Below are positions 1 to 8,694 of a DNA stretch of 20,544 nucleotides, one piece after another. The notes under the pieces were generated by a model. That model ran no database searches and was not told where the DNA came from. It saw only the letters and a program-made list of their open reading frames with translations. How positions within the stretch are numbered: the first letter of the stretch is position 1; each line of letters starts with the position of its first letter. Source of the stretch: an uncultured Deinococcales bacterium (GTDB lineage: Bacteria; Deinococcota; Deinococci; Deinococcales; JAAFIG01); NCBI GenBank assembly GCA_964247135.1, contig CAXTTL010000067.1, positions 1 to 20,544 on the forward strand. Direction: 5' to 3'. A program made the translations under genes and the position numbers.

Positions 1-1
1 G

Positions 2-175
2 TTCAGTCCCCACCAATGGCAGGAGGTCAGCGTTTTTGAAAATTCCAATGTGCGGGAAGCCTTGTCCAGGATGATTTCGCTGGGTTTTCAAGTGCTGCCC
101 GTGGTCAACGAAACTGGGGTTTTGACTGGCGAACTGAGCCTCGAGCAAGCGTTGAACGCCAAAGGAAATTCGTGA
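2..175 (+). CDS. 3' end of osmoprotectant ABC transporter ATP-binding subunit (C-terminal CBS-like domain), partial
   Basis: Open frame from the window edge reads FSPHQWQEVSVFENSNVREALSRMISLGFQVLPVVNETGVLTGELSLEQALNAKGNS*, a CBS-like pattern (LPVV..G.L.G). Its TGA overlaps the GTG of the downstream permease (GTGA, 172-175). Confidence 0.7.
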   Translation, partial: FSPHQWQEVSVFENSNVREALSRMISLGFQVLPVVNETGVLTGELSLEQALNAKGNS

Positions 176-918
176 ACTCGAGCCGCAAATCTGTGCCCCT
201 GGTGCTGATTTTGGGTGCGCTTTCGTTTGCCGTTATTTTGTTTGTCTTTACCCAAACCAGGGCTTGGGAAATCGTTCTAAAATTTTTGTTTCCGCTCGAA
301 GAAAACGTTTTGTACGGCACGGTGACGCTGTTCAATTTGGCGTTAACGCATCTGCAATTGATTGCCGCCTCGAGCCTCATCACCACGGTTTTGGGCGTGA
401 TGTTGGGCATTTTTGTCACGCGATCTTCGGGTCGAGAATTTTTGCCGCTCGTCTCGAGTTTTACGGCTCTCGCCCAAACTTTCCCGCCCGTGGCGGTCTT
501 GGCGCTCAGTTATCCGATTTTGGGCTTCGGGTTTTACCCCGTCTTGATTGCCTTATGCCTGTACGGTCTGCTGCCGGTTTTAACGGGTACGCTGGCAGGC
601 ATTGGCAGCGTGGACGCCGCCGCGCTCGAGGCGGCTCGAGGCATGGGCATGACAAACTTTCAAGTGCTGACCCAAGTCGAATTGCCACTGGCGATGCGCC
701 CGTTGTTCGGCGGCATTCGCACCAGTTTGGTGATCAACATCGGCACGGCAGCCATCGGTGCAGCCATCGGCGCTGGCGGGCTTGGCTTACCGATTTTTGC
801 CGGACTCGAGAATCAGAACTTTGCCTTCGTGCTCGAGGGGGCGCTCAGCGTGGCGATGCTGGCACTCTGGGCGGATTGGGTGATGGGTTTGCTCGAGAAT
901 GCCTTGATTCGGGGTTGA
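172..918 (+). CDS. Osmoprotectant (glycine betaine/choline) ABC transporter permease, OsmW/YehW-like
   Basis: Multiple TM helices, EAA motif (EAARGMGMT), QTFPPVAVLAL and IGAGGLG motifs typical of OpuBB/YehW permeases. Confidence 0.9.
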   Translation: MNSSRKSVPLVLILGALSFAVILFVFTQTRAWEIVLKFLFPLEENVLYGTVTLFNLALTHLQLIAASSLITTVLGVMLGIFVTRSSGREFLPLVSSFTALAQTFPPVAVLALSYPILGFGFYPVLIALCLYGLLPVLTGTLAGIGSVDAAALEAARGMGMTNFQVLTQVELPLAMRPLFGGIRTSLVINIGTAAIGAAIGAGGLGLPIFAGLENQNFAFVLEGALSVAMLALWADWVMGLLENALIRG

Positions 919-1044
919 AGCATTTTGAAGTTTTACAAAAATACTTCTGTTGGGGTGTGAAAATATGTTGCCAGATTCGTGGCGGGTTTTTTGCGGCATT
1001 GATTGGCAGTATGCTTACGGCGCCTTGCCTATCCGTTGACGCGC

Positions 1045-1239
1045 TTCTTGACCCTGAAAGCAGCACCTTCTTGATGCCAAAACGCACCCTCTTGACCATA
1101 AAATGCACCTTACGGGCATGGTCGCTTCTTGACCATAAAATGCACCTTACGGGCATGGTCGCTTCTTGACCCTGAAAGCAGCACCTTCTTGATGCCAAAA
1201 TGCACCTGGCGGGCGGCATCGCTGACGGGCTTGGGTCGC
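1045..1239 (+). repeat. Tandem and nested cluster of 37-40 nt hairpin micro-elements (variants A, B, C)
   Basis: Order: A-left 1045-1067, B-left 1068-1088, C 1089-1125, C 1126-1162, A-left 1163-1185, B 1186-1222, A-right 1223-1239. Complete units share (T/C)TCTTGA...GCACC...CGGGC...TCGC. Confidence 0.9.
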
Positions 1240-1292
1240 TTCGCGCTTTCACTCCAATGCGAGGCGCTGCTTGTTTATGCTCGCACAGCTCG

Positions 1293-1323
1293 AAAATGAT
1301 TGACAAACTGCGTCAATCATTTT
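1293..1323. repeat. Perfect 12-bp inverted repeat
   Basis: AAAATGATTGAC-aaactgc-GTCAATCATTTT. Confidence 0.8.
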
Positions 1324-1431
1324 GAAATTTGCGGTAAGTCTTGCCTCGATTTGATCAACGTCGTTTTGGATGAAGAGAAGGAAACCAAGCGAACTTGATG
1401 CTTCATGAGCACATTCTTAACCTCGAGCGTC

Positions 1432-1437
1432 TATACT
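1432..1437 (+). promoter_or_regulatory. -10 box of a probable leaderless transcript
   Basis: TATACT 6 nt upstream of GTG 1444; no Shine-Dalgarno (SD) sequence. Confidence 0.6.
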
Positions 1438-1443
1438 GTTCGG

Positions 1444-2244
1444 GTGTTGAAGCGTTTTTCCCTTGCCTGCCTTGCCGGACTCAGCTTCGTCGGCTGTAGC
1501 CGCGATGTCGATTCGATTGCACCGCAAATCGTGATCGTCAAACCCAGAGACGGCAAGGTCACCCAAACCGAAAAACTCGAGGTCGAAGGTTATGCCTGGG
1601 ACGACGCTGGGGTGTTGAAGGTCGTGGTGAACGGCGAACGCGATTTGATGGTCGACCCCAAATTTAAGGATCAGCGTGGGCGCAAATTGGTGAAGTTCTC
1701 GTTTATTGCCACGTCCTTAAGTTCGCAAAAAGCGGCTTACGAGGTGCGTGCCGTGGATATTCACGGGCACTCGAGCACCGCCGAAATCAACATCACGCGG
1801 GACACCAAAAAACCAACGATCAATGTCGAAAACCTCGATTCGCTGGTCGGTACGGTGGCGGTGACGGGTTCGATTGAAGACAACATGCAGGTCAAAAAAG
1901 TGCTGGTCAACGGCGAGGCGCTGAACATTGCGCCGTCTGCCAAGGTGCCGTTTTATGCGGTGGTCAACCGCAATCGGAGCGGGATTATTTTGATTGAAGC
2001 TTTTGACGCGGTGGGCAATAAAGCCAGCCGCAGTGTCAACATGCCGGCACCACCAGCGCCACCGCCTGTGGTGGTGCCAACACAAAATCAGAATGGTACA
2101 GGGGTTAGCAACACTACGGGAACAACCACCCAGACCACGACCACGCGTCGACGCAGAAGGCGGGTCCGAGCAGCCACGACGACGACCACACAGCAGTCCG
2201 CCAGCACGCCCGCGCCGGTGGTCGTCCCAACGACACCTCGTTAA
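1444..2244 (+). CDS. Lipoprotein with two Ig-like beta domains and a Pro/Thr/Arg-rich tail
   Basis: Start refined from 1405 to GTG 1444, giving signal MLKRFSLACLAGLSFVG-C (lipobox). Repeated 'D..P.I...V.G...D...V..V.VNG...A.D..GN' Ig-like pattern; low-complexity C-terminus. Confidence 0.75.
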   Translation: MLKRFSLACLAGLSFVGCSRDVDSIAPQIVIVKPRDGKVTQTEKLEVEGYAWDDAGVLKVVVNGERDLMVDPKFKDQRGRKLVKFSFIATSLSSQKAAYEVRAVDIHGHSSTAEINITRDTKKPTINVENLDSLVGTVAVTGSIEDNMQVKKVLVNGEALNIAPSAKVPFYAVVNRNRSGIILIEAFDAVGNKASRSVNMPAPPAPPPVVVPTQNQNGTGVSNTTGTTTQTTTTRRRRRRVRAATTTTTQQSASTPAPVVVPTTPR

Positions 2245-2246
2245 AT

Positions 2247-2948
2247 TTAGCTTTTATGCACTTCCAACTCGAGCTTGAAATTGCCGCGCCGCGTTTCGTT
2301 GATGACGCGTTTAAATTCGATGCGTCCAAGCTTTTCGGCAACCAAAGTGTCGCCCTCGCGGATGCTGGTGCTCGAGCTTGCCAGTTGACCGTTGATGCGC
2401 ACGTTTTTGCCCTCGATGCCCGCCTGAAAGTATGCCCGCGAAACGCCAAAGCCTTTGGCGCCGACCACATCCACGCGCATACTGGGCACGACGACCTCAC
2501 GGGTTTTGACGCTGCGCTCGAGGTTGCTGGCGTCCAGGACTTCCATTTGCAGCTCGAGTTCGCGCCCCTGAATCCGCAGATGGCTCAGGCTTTGAAGCTG
2601 CTTGAGTCCTTTTTGCAGCGTCGCCACCAAGAACATGCCGTGTTGTTCGCGGAGGTCGCCGCGCAACTCATCGGGCAGATTGATCGCCACGCGAATGTCT
2701 TGAACGTCGGTGTTTTCCGCAAAATCTGCCTCGAGCCGCACGATTTTAACGGGGTCGTCCACGTTGGGAATATGCTCTGGATACAGGGTGTAAATCACGC
2801 GGGACGGGTCTGGGAAACCACCGTGCACGGCGAAACGCACGCCGTCGGCAGCCAGGGCGCGGCGATCCACCGATCCACCCTCGACAAAACCCGTGCGAAC
2901 CACGCGTCCACCTCGAGCTTGAGAAACCAGTGTGCGCAGATCGGTCAT
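2247..2948 (-). CDS. YlmH/Sll1252-family RNA-binding protein with C-terminal S4 domain
   Basis: C-terminal S4 motif SMRVDVVGAKGFGVSR...I..KNVRING....IREGD.L....GR; N-terminal TGF and GG motifs typical of YlmH. Confidence 0.85.
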   Translation of the reverse strand: MTDLRTLVSQARGGRVVRTGFVEGGSVDRRALAADGVRFAVHGGFPDPSRVIYTLYPEHIPNVDDPVKIVRLEADFAENTDVQDIRVAINLPDELRGDLREQHGMFLVATLQKGLKQLQSLSHLRIQGRELELQMEVLDASNLERSVKTREVVVPSMRVDVVGAKGFGVSRAYFQAGIEGKNVRINGQLASSSTSIREGDTLVAEKLGRIEFKRVINETRRGNFKLELEVHKS

Positions 2949-3091
2949 GCTGCCTCGAGTGTAAACTTCATGCCCTCACAAAACCACGCCGAGGCAAGGA
3001 TTTCAAGTCCGAGTTGAACAAATGAGCCGAATTGAAGCGGTACCCATGCTCGGCGAGGTATGGTATTCAAAAATCTCAAGGGGCTTTTCAG

Positions 3092-3892
3092 ATGTTTTCG
3101 ACCCGTACAGCCAACACTCAACATTGGACGCAGCACCTGACGCTTGGATTGGTGAGCGGCTTATTGCTAGGCAGCGTGGTTGTTTTGATTTATTCGGAAA
3201 CCAAATGGTATGTACCTTTGGTGATCCTGCTGCTCAGCCTTGCCATGAGCTTGAACGGTTTGACCAGACGAATCTTAAACATCTTGACGCTTTGTGTCGG
3301 TTTTCTTTTGGCGTTGTGTGTTTTTACGCCCGTCTTGCAACCCGTACAACGTTTTCTGGATGTCACCCAACTGCCCAGCCGTGCGGATGTGATCGTGATT
3401 TTGGGTGGCGGATTGCATTGCGGCTCGACCGACCTTGAATCCTCGAGCCTTGCCCGTACTGTCAAAGGATTGGAACTTTGGAAGGCTGGTTACGCACCAA
3501 CCATCACCATTTCGGACACGACAGGCTTGTGGGACAACTGCGTCAGCCTCGAGCAAACCATCCGTCGAGAGATAAGCAGCCTCGAGCCTAGAAACCCGCC
3601 AGAGATGGTGGTCTTGCCAGGCGTTCAAAACACCCACATGGAAGCCGAGGCGGTTTTAAGGGAAGCCAAGAAACGTGGTTGGAAAACCATTTTGATCGTG
3701 ACTGCACCGGCGCATTCCAGGCGTGCTCGAGCCACGTTCACGCAGCTTAAACTCCAAGCTTTTGTGGTAAGTTCTTCTGAGCCGCGTTATGACACCGATT
3801 TGCACTTGCCCCATGACCGTCTGCAAGCCTTACCCGTGATCGTTCGAGAGCTGGCGGGTTTCGTGAAGTACACGCTATTGGGTTGGTTCTAA
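3092..3892 (+). CDS. YdcF/ElyC/SanA (DUF218) family membrane protein
   Basis: N-terminal TM helices; [11 protein letters not shown]...G.EL, NT..EA and ILIVT.PAHSRRA motifs; C-terminal RE..G.VKY. Start uncertain (ORF is open from 3032; ATG 3092 chosen). Confidence 0.85.
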   Translation: MFSTRTANTQHWTQHLTLGLVSGLLLGSVVVLIYSETKWYVPLVILLLSLAMSLNGLTRRILNILTLCVGFLLALCVFTPVLQPVQRFLDVTQLPSRADVIVILGGGLHCGSTDLESSSLARTVKGLELWKAGYAPTITISDTTGLWDNCVSLEQTIRREISSLEPRNPPEMVVLPGVQNTHMEAEAVLREAKKRGWKTILIVTAPAHSRRARATFTQLKLQAFVVSSSEPRYDTDLHLPHDRLQALPVIVRELAGFVKYTLLGWF

Positions 3893-5064
3893 CCTAACTC
3901 CTGCCAAAAACTCGAGCCTACACCATCCCATTTAACGTTCAGCGCCTCGGCGACCGTTGCGCCCAAATCGGCAAAGCTGCTGCGTTCACCCAGGTTGATG
4001 TTGCTTGTCCCAGGCTTAAACGCCAGCAGCATCGCATGTTCGCGGGTGTGATCGGTGCCAAACCAAGTCGGGTCGTTGCCGTGGTCGCTGAGAATAAACA
4101 GTGCGCCGTCTTCTGGCACAGCGTTGATCAAATCTGGCAGCGCATCGTCAAATTCTTTTAAAGCGCCTGCGTAACCCGCCACGTCGCGCCGATGACCGAA
4201 TTTGGCGTCAAAATCGACCAGATTCAGAAACGCCAAACCGTTAAAACCCGAGCGCATGACCGCCAGCATTTTTTGAATCCCGTCGCTGTTGTTGTCGGTG
4301 TGAACGCTTGTGGTAAAACCGCGACCGGCGTAAATATCGGGGATTTTACCCAGACCGATCACGTCCAGTTTTGCCTCGAACAACGCGTCCAAGACCGTTC
4401 TGGGTGGCTCGAGACTGAAATCTTTGCGAGCCTCGTTGACGCGATCAAACGGGTACACGCCTTTGAATGGGCGGGCAATCACCCTTGCCACCGCGTACTG
4501 TCCTCGCAAAATGTCCCTGGCTTTCTGACACCAGTCATACAATTGCTCGAGCGGCACCTTGTCAACGTGGGTCGCAATCTGAAAGACGCTGTCGGCGCTG
4601 GTGTAGACAATCGGGTTTCCAGTCTCGAGGTGGGCGGCTCCAAAGTCGCGGATCACGTCCGTTCCCGAGTACACCTTATTGCAGAGCCAACCGCATCCGA
4701 TGGCTTTTGAAAAGGCATCCATGACCTCGGGCGGAAATCCGTCATAAAAGGTTTTAAACGGATGCTCGAGTTGCACGCCCATGAACTCCCAATGTCCGGT
4801 GCTGGTGTCCTTGCCCAGACTGATTTCACGCATTCGTCCGAACGCACCCGTTGGCTTTGGAACTTTGCTGGCATTGACGCTTGGAATCCAACCCAGCCCC
4901 AGACGCTCGAGGTTTGGTAATTGCACGCCTGAACTTTGCAGGACGTGGTTGATGGTGTGCGAACCCGCGTCGCCGTTTGGATGCTCGAGGTTTGCCGAGA
5001 ATTTGGCGGCGTCTGGCAGTTCGCCAACGCCCACGCTATCGAGCACAATCACGCTGATTTTCAT
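3889..5064 (-). CDS. deoB: Phosphopentomutase
   Basis: [56 protein letters not shown] and DHGNDPT..GTDHTRE motifs. Confidence 0.97.
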   Translation of the reverse strand: MKISVIVLDSVGVGELPDAAKFSANLEHPNGDAGSHTINHVLQSSGVQLPNLERLGLGWIPSVNASKVPKPTGAFGRMREISLGKDTSTGHWEFMGVQLEHPFKTFYDGFPPEVMDAFSKAIGCGWLCNKVYSGTDVIRDFGAAHLETGNPIVYTSADSVFQIATHVDKVPLEQLYDWCQKARDILRGQYAVARVIARPFKGVYPFDRVNEARKDFSLEPPRTVLDALFEAKLDVIGLGKIPDIYAGRGFTTSVHTDNNSDGIQKMLAVMRSGFNGLAFLNLVDFDAKFGHRRDVAGYAGALKEFDDALPDLINAVPEDGALFILSDHGNDPTWFGTDHTREHAMLLAFKPGTSNINLGERSSFADLGATVAEALNVKWDGVGSSFWQELG

Positions 5065-5070
5065 GGCTCG

Positions 5071-5076
5071 AGTTTA
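5071..5076 (-). promoter_or_regulatory. -10 box of probable leaderless deoB transcript
   Basis: Minus strand reads TAAACT-cgagcc-ATG (6-nt spacing). Confidence 0.65.
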
Positions 5077-5255
5077 CTGCACAATTTCGCATCAACCAAA
5101 AAGGGGGTACTGGCGACGGCGACCAGTGAAACCTGCCTGGTTTATGAGCAGAAGCCCTCTCGTAGTTCATCTTCAAACTCGGTATGATTTCGCCTGGTTT
5201 GGTTGTCAAATCAAACCTCGAGTTGACGGGAGTGATGCTCGAAGCCAGGGGAGGC

Positions 5256-6032
5256 ATGATGAAATTTAAAATCGCATCGATTCTGATGTTGGCATTGATT
5301 GGCGCGGTGTTCGCGGCGAGCCGAGACTTTTTGACGATTCATCAATCTGGCACAATCGTTATTGGCACCGACGGCGCATTTCCGCCGTTCAGTTTTAAGC
5401 AAAGCGGGCAATTGGTGGGCTTTGAGGTTGACCTTGCCAACGCCATCGCCAAGAGTTTGGATGTCAAAACCGAGTGGCGCACCGTACCGTTTACCGAGTT
5501 GCTGCCCGATCTCAGGCAAGGCAAATTCGATTTTGTGATCGCCTCGCACGGCATCACCCCAGAGCGTCAGAAGGTGGTCGATTTCGCCACGCCGCATTAC
5601 TGCACCGGCGGCATGATCGTGTCCAAAACCGACGGTCCAAAAACGATTCTCGAGCTTCCAGGGCAACGCATCGGTGTTCAGGTGGGCACAACCTATCTGC
5701 AAAATGCCCTCAAAATTCCTGGCGTGCTCAAAAGCGACGTGAAAGGTTACGCCAAAGACGGCGACGCGCTGCGTGACCTGATTGCGGGTAAAATTGATGT
5801 TTGGATCACCGATAAATTTGTGGCGCTCGATGTCATCAAAAACAATCCAAAAGCCGACCTCGAGCATGGCGATTTAATTTTTACCGAACGCATTGCGATT
5901 GCGGTCGCCAAAGGCAACAACACGGTCGTGGGTTCGATCAACAGCGCATTGATCGGTTTAATGAACGACGGCACATACGAGAAAATCTCGAACCGTTGGT
6001 TCGGCGAAGACATTCGCTGCGAGGGGAATTAA
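5256..6032 (+). CDS. Polar amino-acid ABC transporter substrate-binding protein (SBP family 3)
   Basis: Signal peptide; GTDGAFPPF, GFEVDLANAIA, L..GKFD, ITPERQKVVDF and DGTYEKISNRWFG motifs. GGGGAGG RBS lies just before ATG 5256/5259, so the ORF-track start at 5184 is unlikely. Confidence 0.93.
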   Translation: MMKFKIASILMLALIGAVFAASRDFLTIHQSGTIVIGTDGAFPPFSFKQSGQLVGFEVDLANAIAKSLDVKTEWRTVPFTELLPDLRQGKFDFVIASHGITPERQKVVDFATPHYCTGGMIVSKTDGPKTILELPGQRIGVQVGTTYLQNALKIPGVLKSDVKGYAKDGDALRDLIAGKIDVWITDKFVALDVIKNNPKADLEHGDLIFTERIAIAVAKGNNTVVGSINSALIGLMNDGTYEKISNRWFGEDIRCEGN

Positions 6033-6610
6033 AGCAACCCGAGCAAATCTGAAATCACCCAAGCCGTCATGCCCCAAATGTCAAAACCTTGCCAGTCGTA
6101 ATGCAGCACCTCGTTTGAGCGGGTGCGGTAGGCTTTGGGGTCGCTTGGCAGTTTGGCGTTGGGCGGCAGATTGCGCGGTTCATATCTGGGTTTTAAAACT
6201 TTTAATTCCTCGAGCGGGACATGTAAAATCTGTGCCACCTCATTCGGGTCTGCCTGGAGTTTTGCTGGTTGGCTTATCAAACCCAGCACGGGTGTGACAT
6301 GAAATCCTTGTGGCGTCCAGACATCGTCGAGCATTCCAAGAACCTGTACCAAACTTGCATCCAAACCAATTTCTTCCTGGGCTTCACGCAACGCCGCTTC
6401 AATTGGCGTCTCGAGGGTGTGCAACGAACCGCCAGGGAACGAAATCTGTCCTTTGTGGGTCGGCAAGTGCGCGGTTCGTACCGTCAAAATCAGGTGCGGT
6501 TCTGGCTCGAGCACCACTGGCACCAGCACCGCCGCCCGCCGAAATTCTGGCAGCTCGAGTTCGCGTCTGTTGCGGATTTTGAGGGCTTGTTCAAACCTTG
6601 TGAAATCCAT
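6029..6610 (-). CDS. Nudix hydrolase, CoA pyrophosphatase subfamily
   Basis: AAVLVP, LTVRTAHLPTHKGQISFPGG (NuCoA motif), Nudix box ALREAQEEIGL, IWGMTA. Confidence 0.93.
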   Translation of the reverse strand: MDFTRFEQALKIRNRRELELPEFRRAAVLVPVVLEPEPHLILTVRTAHLPTHKGQISFPGGSLHTLETPIEAALREAQEEIGLDASLVQVLGMLDDVWTPQGFHVTPVLGLISQPAKLQADPNEVAQILHVPLEELKVLKPRYEPRNLPPNAKLPSDPKAYRTRSNEVLHYDWQGFDIWGMTAWVISDLLGLL

Positions 6611-7229
6611 TGACCGCTTCCTGAACTCGGGTTTCGAGCCGTTCGCGCAAGATCACTTCAGGATTTTCTTTTAAACTTCGCGTCCAAGCGATCAGCGCCT
6701 CGAGCACATCTGCCGCGCCTTTCCCGTCGTCGCTCGCGTTTTCAAGTGCCGCCAATACTTCTGCCTTAGAACCCTTTTTTGCCCCAAGCGCTTTGTGAAC
6801 CTCAACACCTCGAGCCAACGCGCCGAGTGCCCGTGGCACGCGTTCGACAGGGTGCGGTTCGGGTTTGTCTGCACGCTCGAGTTTCTTGATTTCATCCCAG
6901 TTTTTTTTGACCGTTTGCGCATCTGGCGCAACAACGTCACCAAACACATGCGGATGCCGACGAATCAACTTTTCGACGATGGCAGTCTCGATGGTTTCGT
7001 AACGGTACTCGCCCGTCTCCTCGGCAATCACCGCATGAAACGCGACCTGCAACAACACATCACCCAACTCACCCGCCACCTCGAGCGGCGTGCCAACACT
7101 GATCGCATCCACGGCTTCGGCTGCCTCCTCGAGCAAATACGGGCGCAAGCTTTGATGGGTTTGCTCCTGATCCCAGGGACAACCGTTCGGGGCGCGAAGT
7201 TGACGCATGATCTCGAGAAGGCGCTTCAT
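6591..7229 (-). CDS. mazG: MazG-family nucleoside triphosphate pyrophosphohydrolase
   Basis: LRAPNGCPWDQEQTHQSL..YLLEEA.E, ELGDVLLQV.FHA, KLIRRHPHVFG, W..IK..E. Confidence 0.95.
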   Translation of the reverse strand: MKRLLEIMRQLRAPNGCPWDQEQTHQSLRPYLLEEAAEAVDAISVGTPLEVAGELGDVLLQVAFHAVIAEETGEYRYETIETAIVEKLIRRHPHVFGDVVAPDAQTVKKNWDEIKKLERADKPEPHPVERVPRALGALARGVEVHKALGAKKGSKAEVLAALENASDDGKGAADVLEALIAWTRSLKENPEVILRERLETRVQEAVNGFHKV

Positions 7230-7235
7230 ACCTCG

Positions 7236-7241
7236 AGTCTA
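7236..7241 (-). promoter_or_regulatory. -10 box of probable leaderless mazG transcript
   Basis: Minus strand reads TAGACT-cgaggt-ATG (6-nt spacing). Confidence 0.65.
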
Positions 7242-7320
7242 TCAAGACGCGCTGGCTTAAAAGGGTGAGGCAACAGACCGAATCAGAAAACTCGAGCGAA
7301 ACGGGTAAAGAAATTAAACG

Positions 7321-7355
7321 CCCTTCTCTCCTGGGAGAGAAGGGTCGGGGATGAG
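7321..7355. repeat. REP-like palindrome CCCTTCTCTCC-tg-GGAGAGAAGGG with flanking TCGGGGATGAG
   Basis: Perfect 11-bp inverted repeat at 7321-7344. The minus strand reads CTCATCCCCGACCCTTCTCTCCCAGGAGAGAAGGG, resembling widespread 'CCCTCAnCCC..CCCTnTCCCnnnGGGAGAnGG' extragenic repeats. Confidence 0.6.
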
Positions 7356-7406
7356 ATGGGAAATGGCAATTGCTCATCCATGTCTTGAGAAGGAAATACT
7401 TAATTC

Positions 7407-8606
7407 TCAAACCGCCACAATAAAATCCCGCAACTCGTACCCTTTGACCGTTTCATTCCAACCCATTGTTGCAGGGCGTTCGACGCGCAATGTCGGGATT
7501 GCCAGCAGTTTTTGCAAGAAAATATCGGTCTCCTGAATGGCGATAAAACTGCCTGGGCAACGGTGATGACCGTCGCCAAAACCCATCACGGCGGGTTGCA
7601 CGCCTTTGGGCAGTTCGCGGTCGGTGCGAAGGTCGTGCGGACACGCGCCGACCGTGCGTTCGTCGGCGTTGGCGCTGTCCAGATGCACCGCAATTTTGGC
7701 GCCCTTGGGAATCGTCACGGTCTGCCCGCCCGATTCAAGCTCGAGGTTTTCGGTGGTGCGACGCTCGAGCATCGTGACCACAGGCTCGAGGCGCAAGATT
7801 TCGCCCAACATGGCATGGCGTTCCACTTCGCCTGCCACCAGAAAGCGTTCGCGCAGTTTTGGACGCTCGAGAAAGTGCATGGTTGCCACGCAAATAAATT
7901 CGCGGGTCGTTGCCATGCCTGCCGCGCCGTAGGTCACGCATTCGGACAAGACTTCGGGCGGCGTGTAACCTTCGCCCAGCACGTGCGAGATCACATCCTC
8001 TCGGGGTTGTTTTTTGCGTGCGTTGATGGCGGGTTGCACGTCCAGAAAAAAGAACGCCAGCAAATTCCAACGCGCGGCAATGACCTCGAGAATTTTGCTT
8101 TGATCGGGCGAATGCACCAAACCCGAAATCCGTGCGCCCATGCCAGGCACGCGGCTGCTGGTCAGTCCAACCACTTGCGCGGCAACTTCGACCGCCAGTT
8201 TCATTGAGATTTTGCTCAAATCTGCTCTGCCTTTTTTGACCAAATCTGCGACCAGGTCGGCGCAGAGTTTTTCCATCATCGGGCGGTAATTGGCGTCGGT
8301 GTAATTGGGCGTGAAAAAACGTGCGGTCTTGCGGCGCAAGTCATGGTGTACTTCACCCTCGAGATGAAGTACTGGCGCTCGCATGTTGGCGGGCATTTTT
8401 GCCACCAATTCCGCACCAAAACCCGCCTGCTTGACATTGTTGCTGCGAAGCACCGATTTCACTTCATCGTGCCCTCGAGCGTGCCAAAGACCGTTTTCGT
8501 CCACGTTCAGGCTCGGAGTACTCGAGACTTCAGCCCGAGCGGTTTTACGGGCATTGTGGTCTACAGGGCAGCCATTGGCTTGTGGATTTGTTGAATCTGA
8601 AGTCAT
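7407..8606 (-). CDS. Cytochrome P450
   Basis: Heme motif FGDGHHRCPG, K-helix EILR (ExxR), I-helix AAGMATT, H..LR C-helix motif. Confidence 0.95.
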   Translation of the reverse strand: MTSDSTNPQANGCPVDHNARKTARAEVSSTPSLNVDENGLWHARGHDEVKSVLRSNNVKQAGFGAELVAKMPANMRAPVLHLEGEVHHDLRRKTARFFTPNYTDANYRPMMEKLCADLVADLVKKGRADLSKISMKLAVEVAAQVVGLTSSRVPGMGARISGLVHSPDQSKILEVIAARWNLLAFFFLDVQPAINARKKQPREDVISHVLGEGYTPPEVLSECVTYGAAGMATTREFICVATMHFLERPKLRERFLVAGEVERHAMLGEILRLEPVVTMLERRTTENLELESGGQTVTIPKGAKIAVHLDSANADERTVGACPHDLRTDRELPKGVQPAVMGFGDGHHRCPGSFIAIQETDIFLQKLLAIPTLRVERPATMGWNETVKGYELRDFIVAV

Positions 8607-8630
8607 GCCCGTTATTCTGACCGAAAACCC

Positions 8631-8667
8631 AAAGTGACATCTGTGACTTTTGAGACATTGTGTATCA
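8631..8667. promoter_or_regulatory. Two imperfect palindromes, candidate TetR operators between the divergent P450 and tetR genes
   Basis: AAAGTGACA-tc-TGTGACTTT (8631-8650) and TGAGACA-ttg-TGTATCA (8651-8667), each with one mismatch. Confidence 0.55.
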
Positions 8668-8682
8668 TTTCGTTGGAATCCT

Positions 8683-8688
8683 TATAAT
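8683..8688 (+). promoter_or_regulatory. -10 box of probable leaderless tetR transcript
   Basis: TATAAT-aacccc-GTG(8695). Confidence 0.7.
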
Positions 8689-8694
8689 AACCCC

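Noticed and set aside
1045-1239. CRISPR array interpretation of the roughly 37-nt repeats
   Set aside because: Units are directly adjacent or nested with no unique spacers, related copies occur singly elsewhere, and there are no cas genes in the window.
264-1306. ORFs 264..1169 (+) and 845..1306 (-)
   Set aside because: They overlap the permease gene and run through the repeat cluster; no protein-like motifs.
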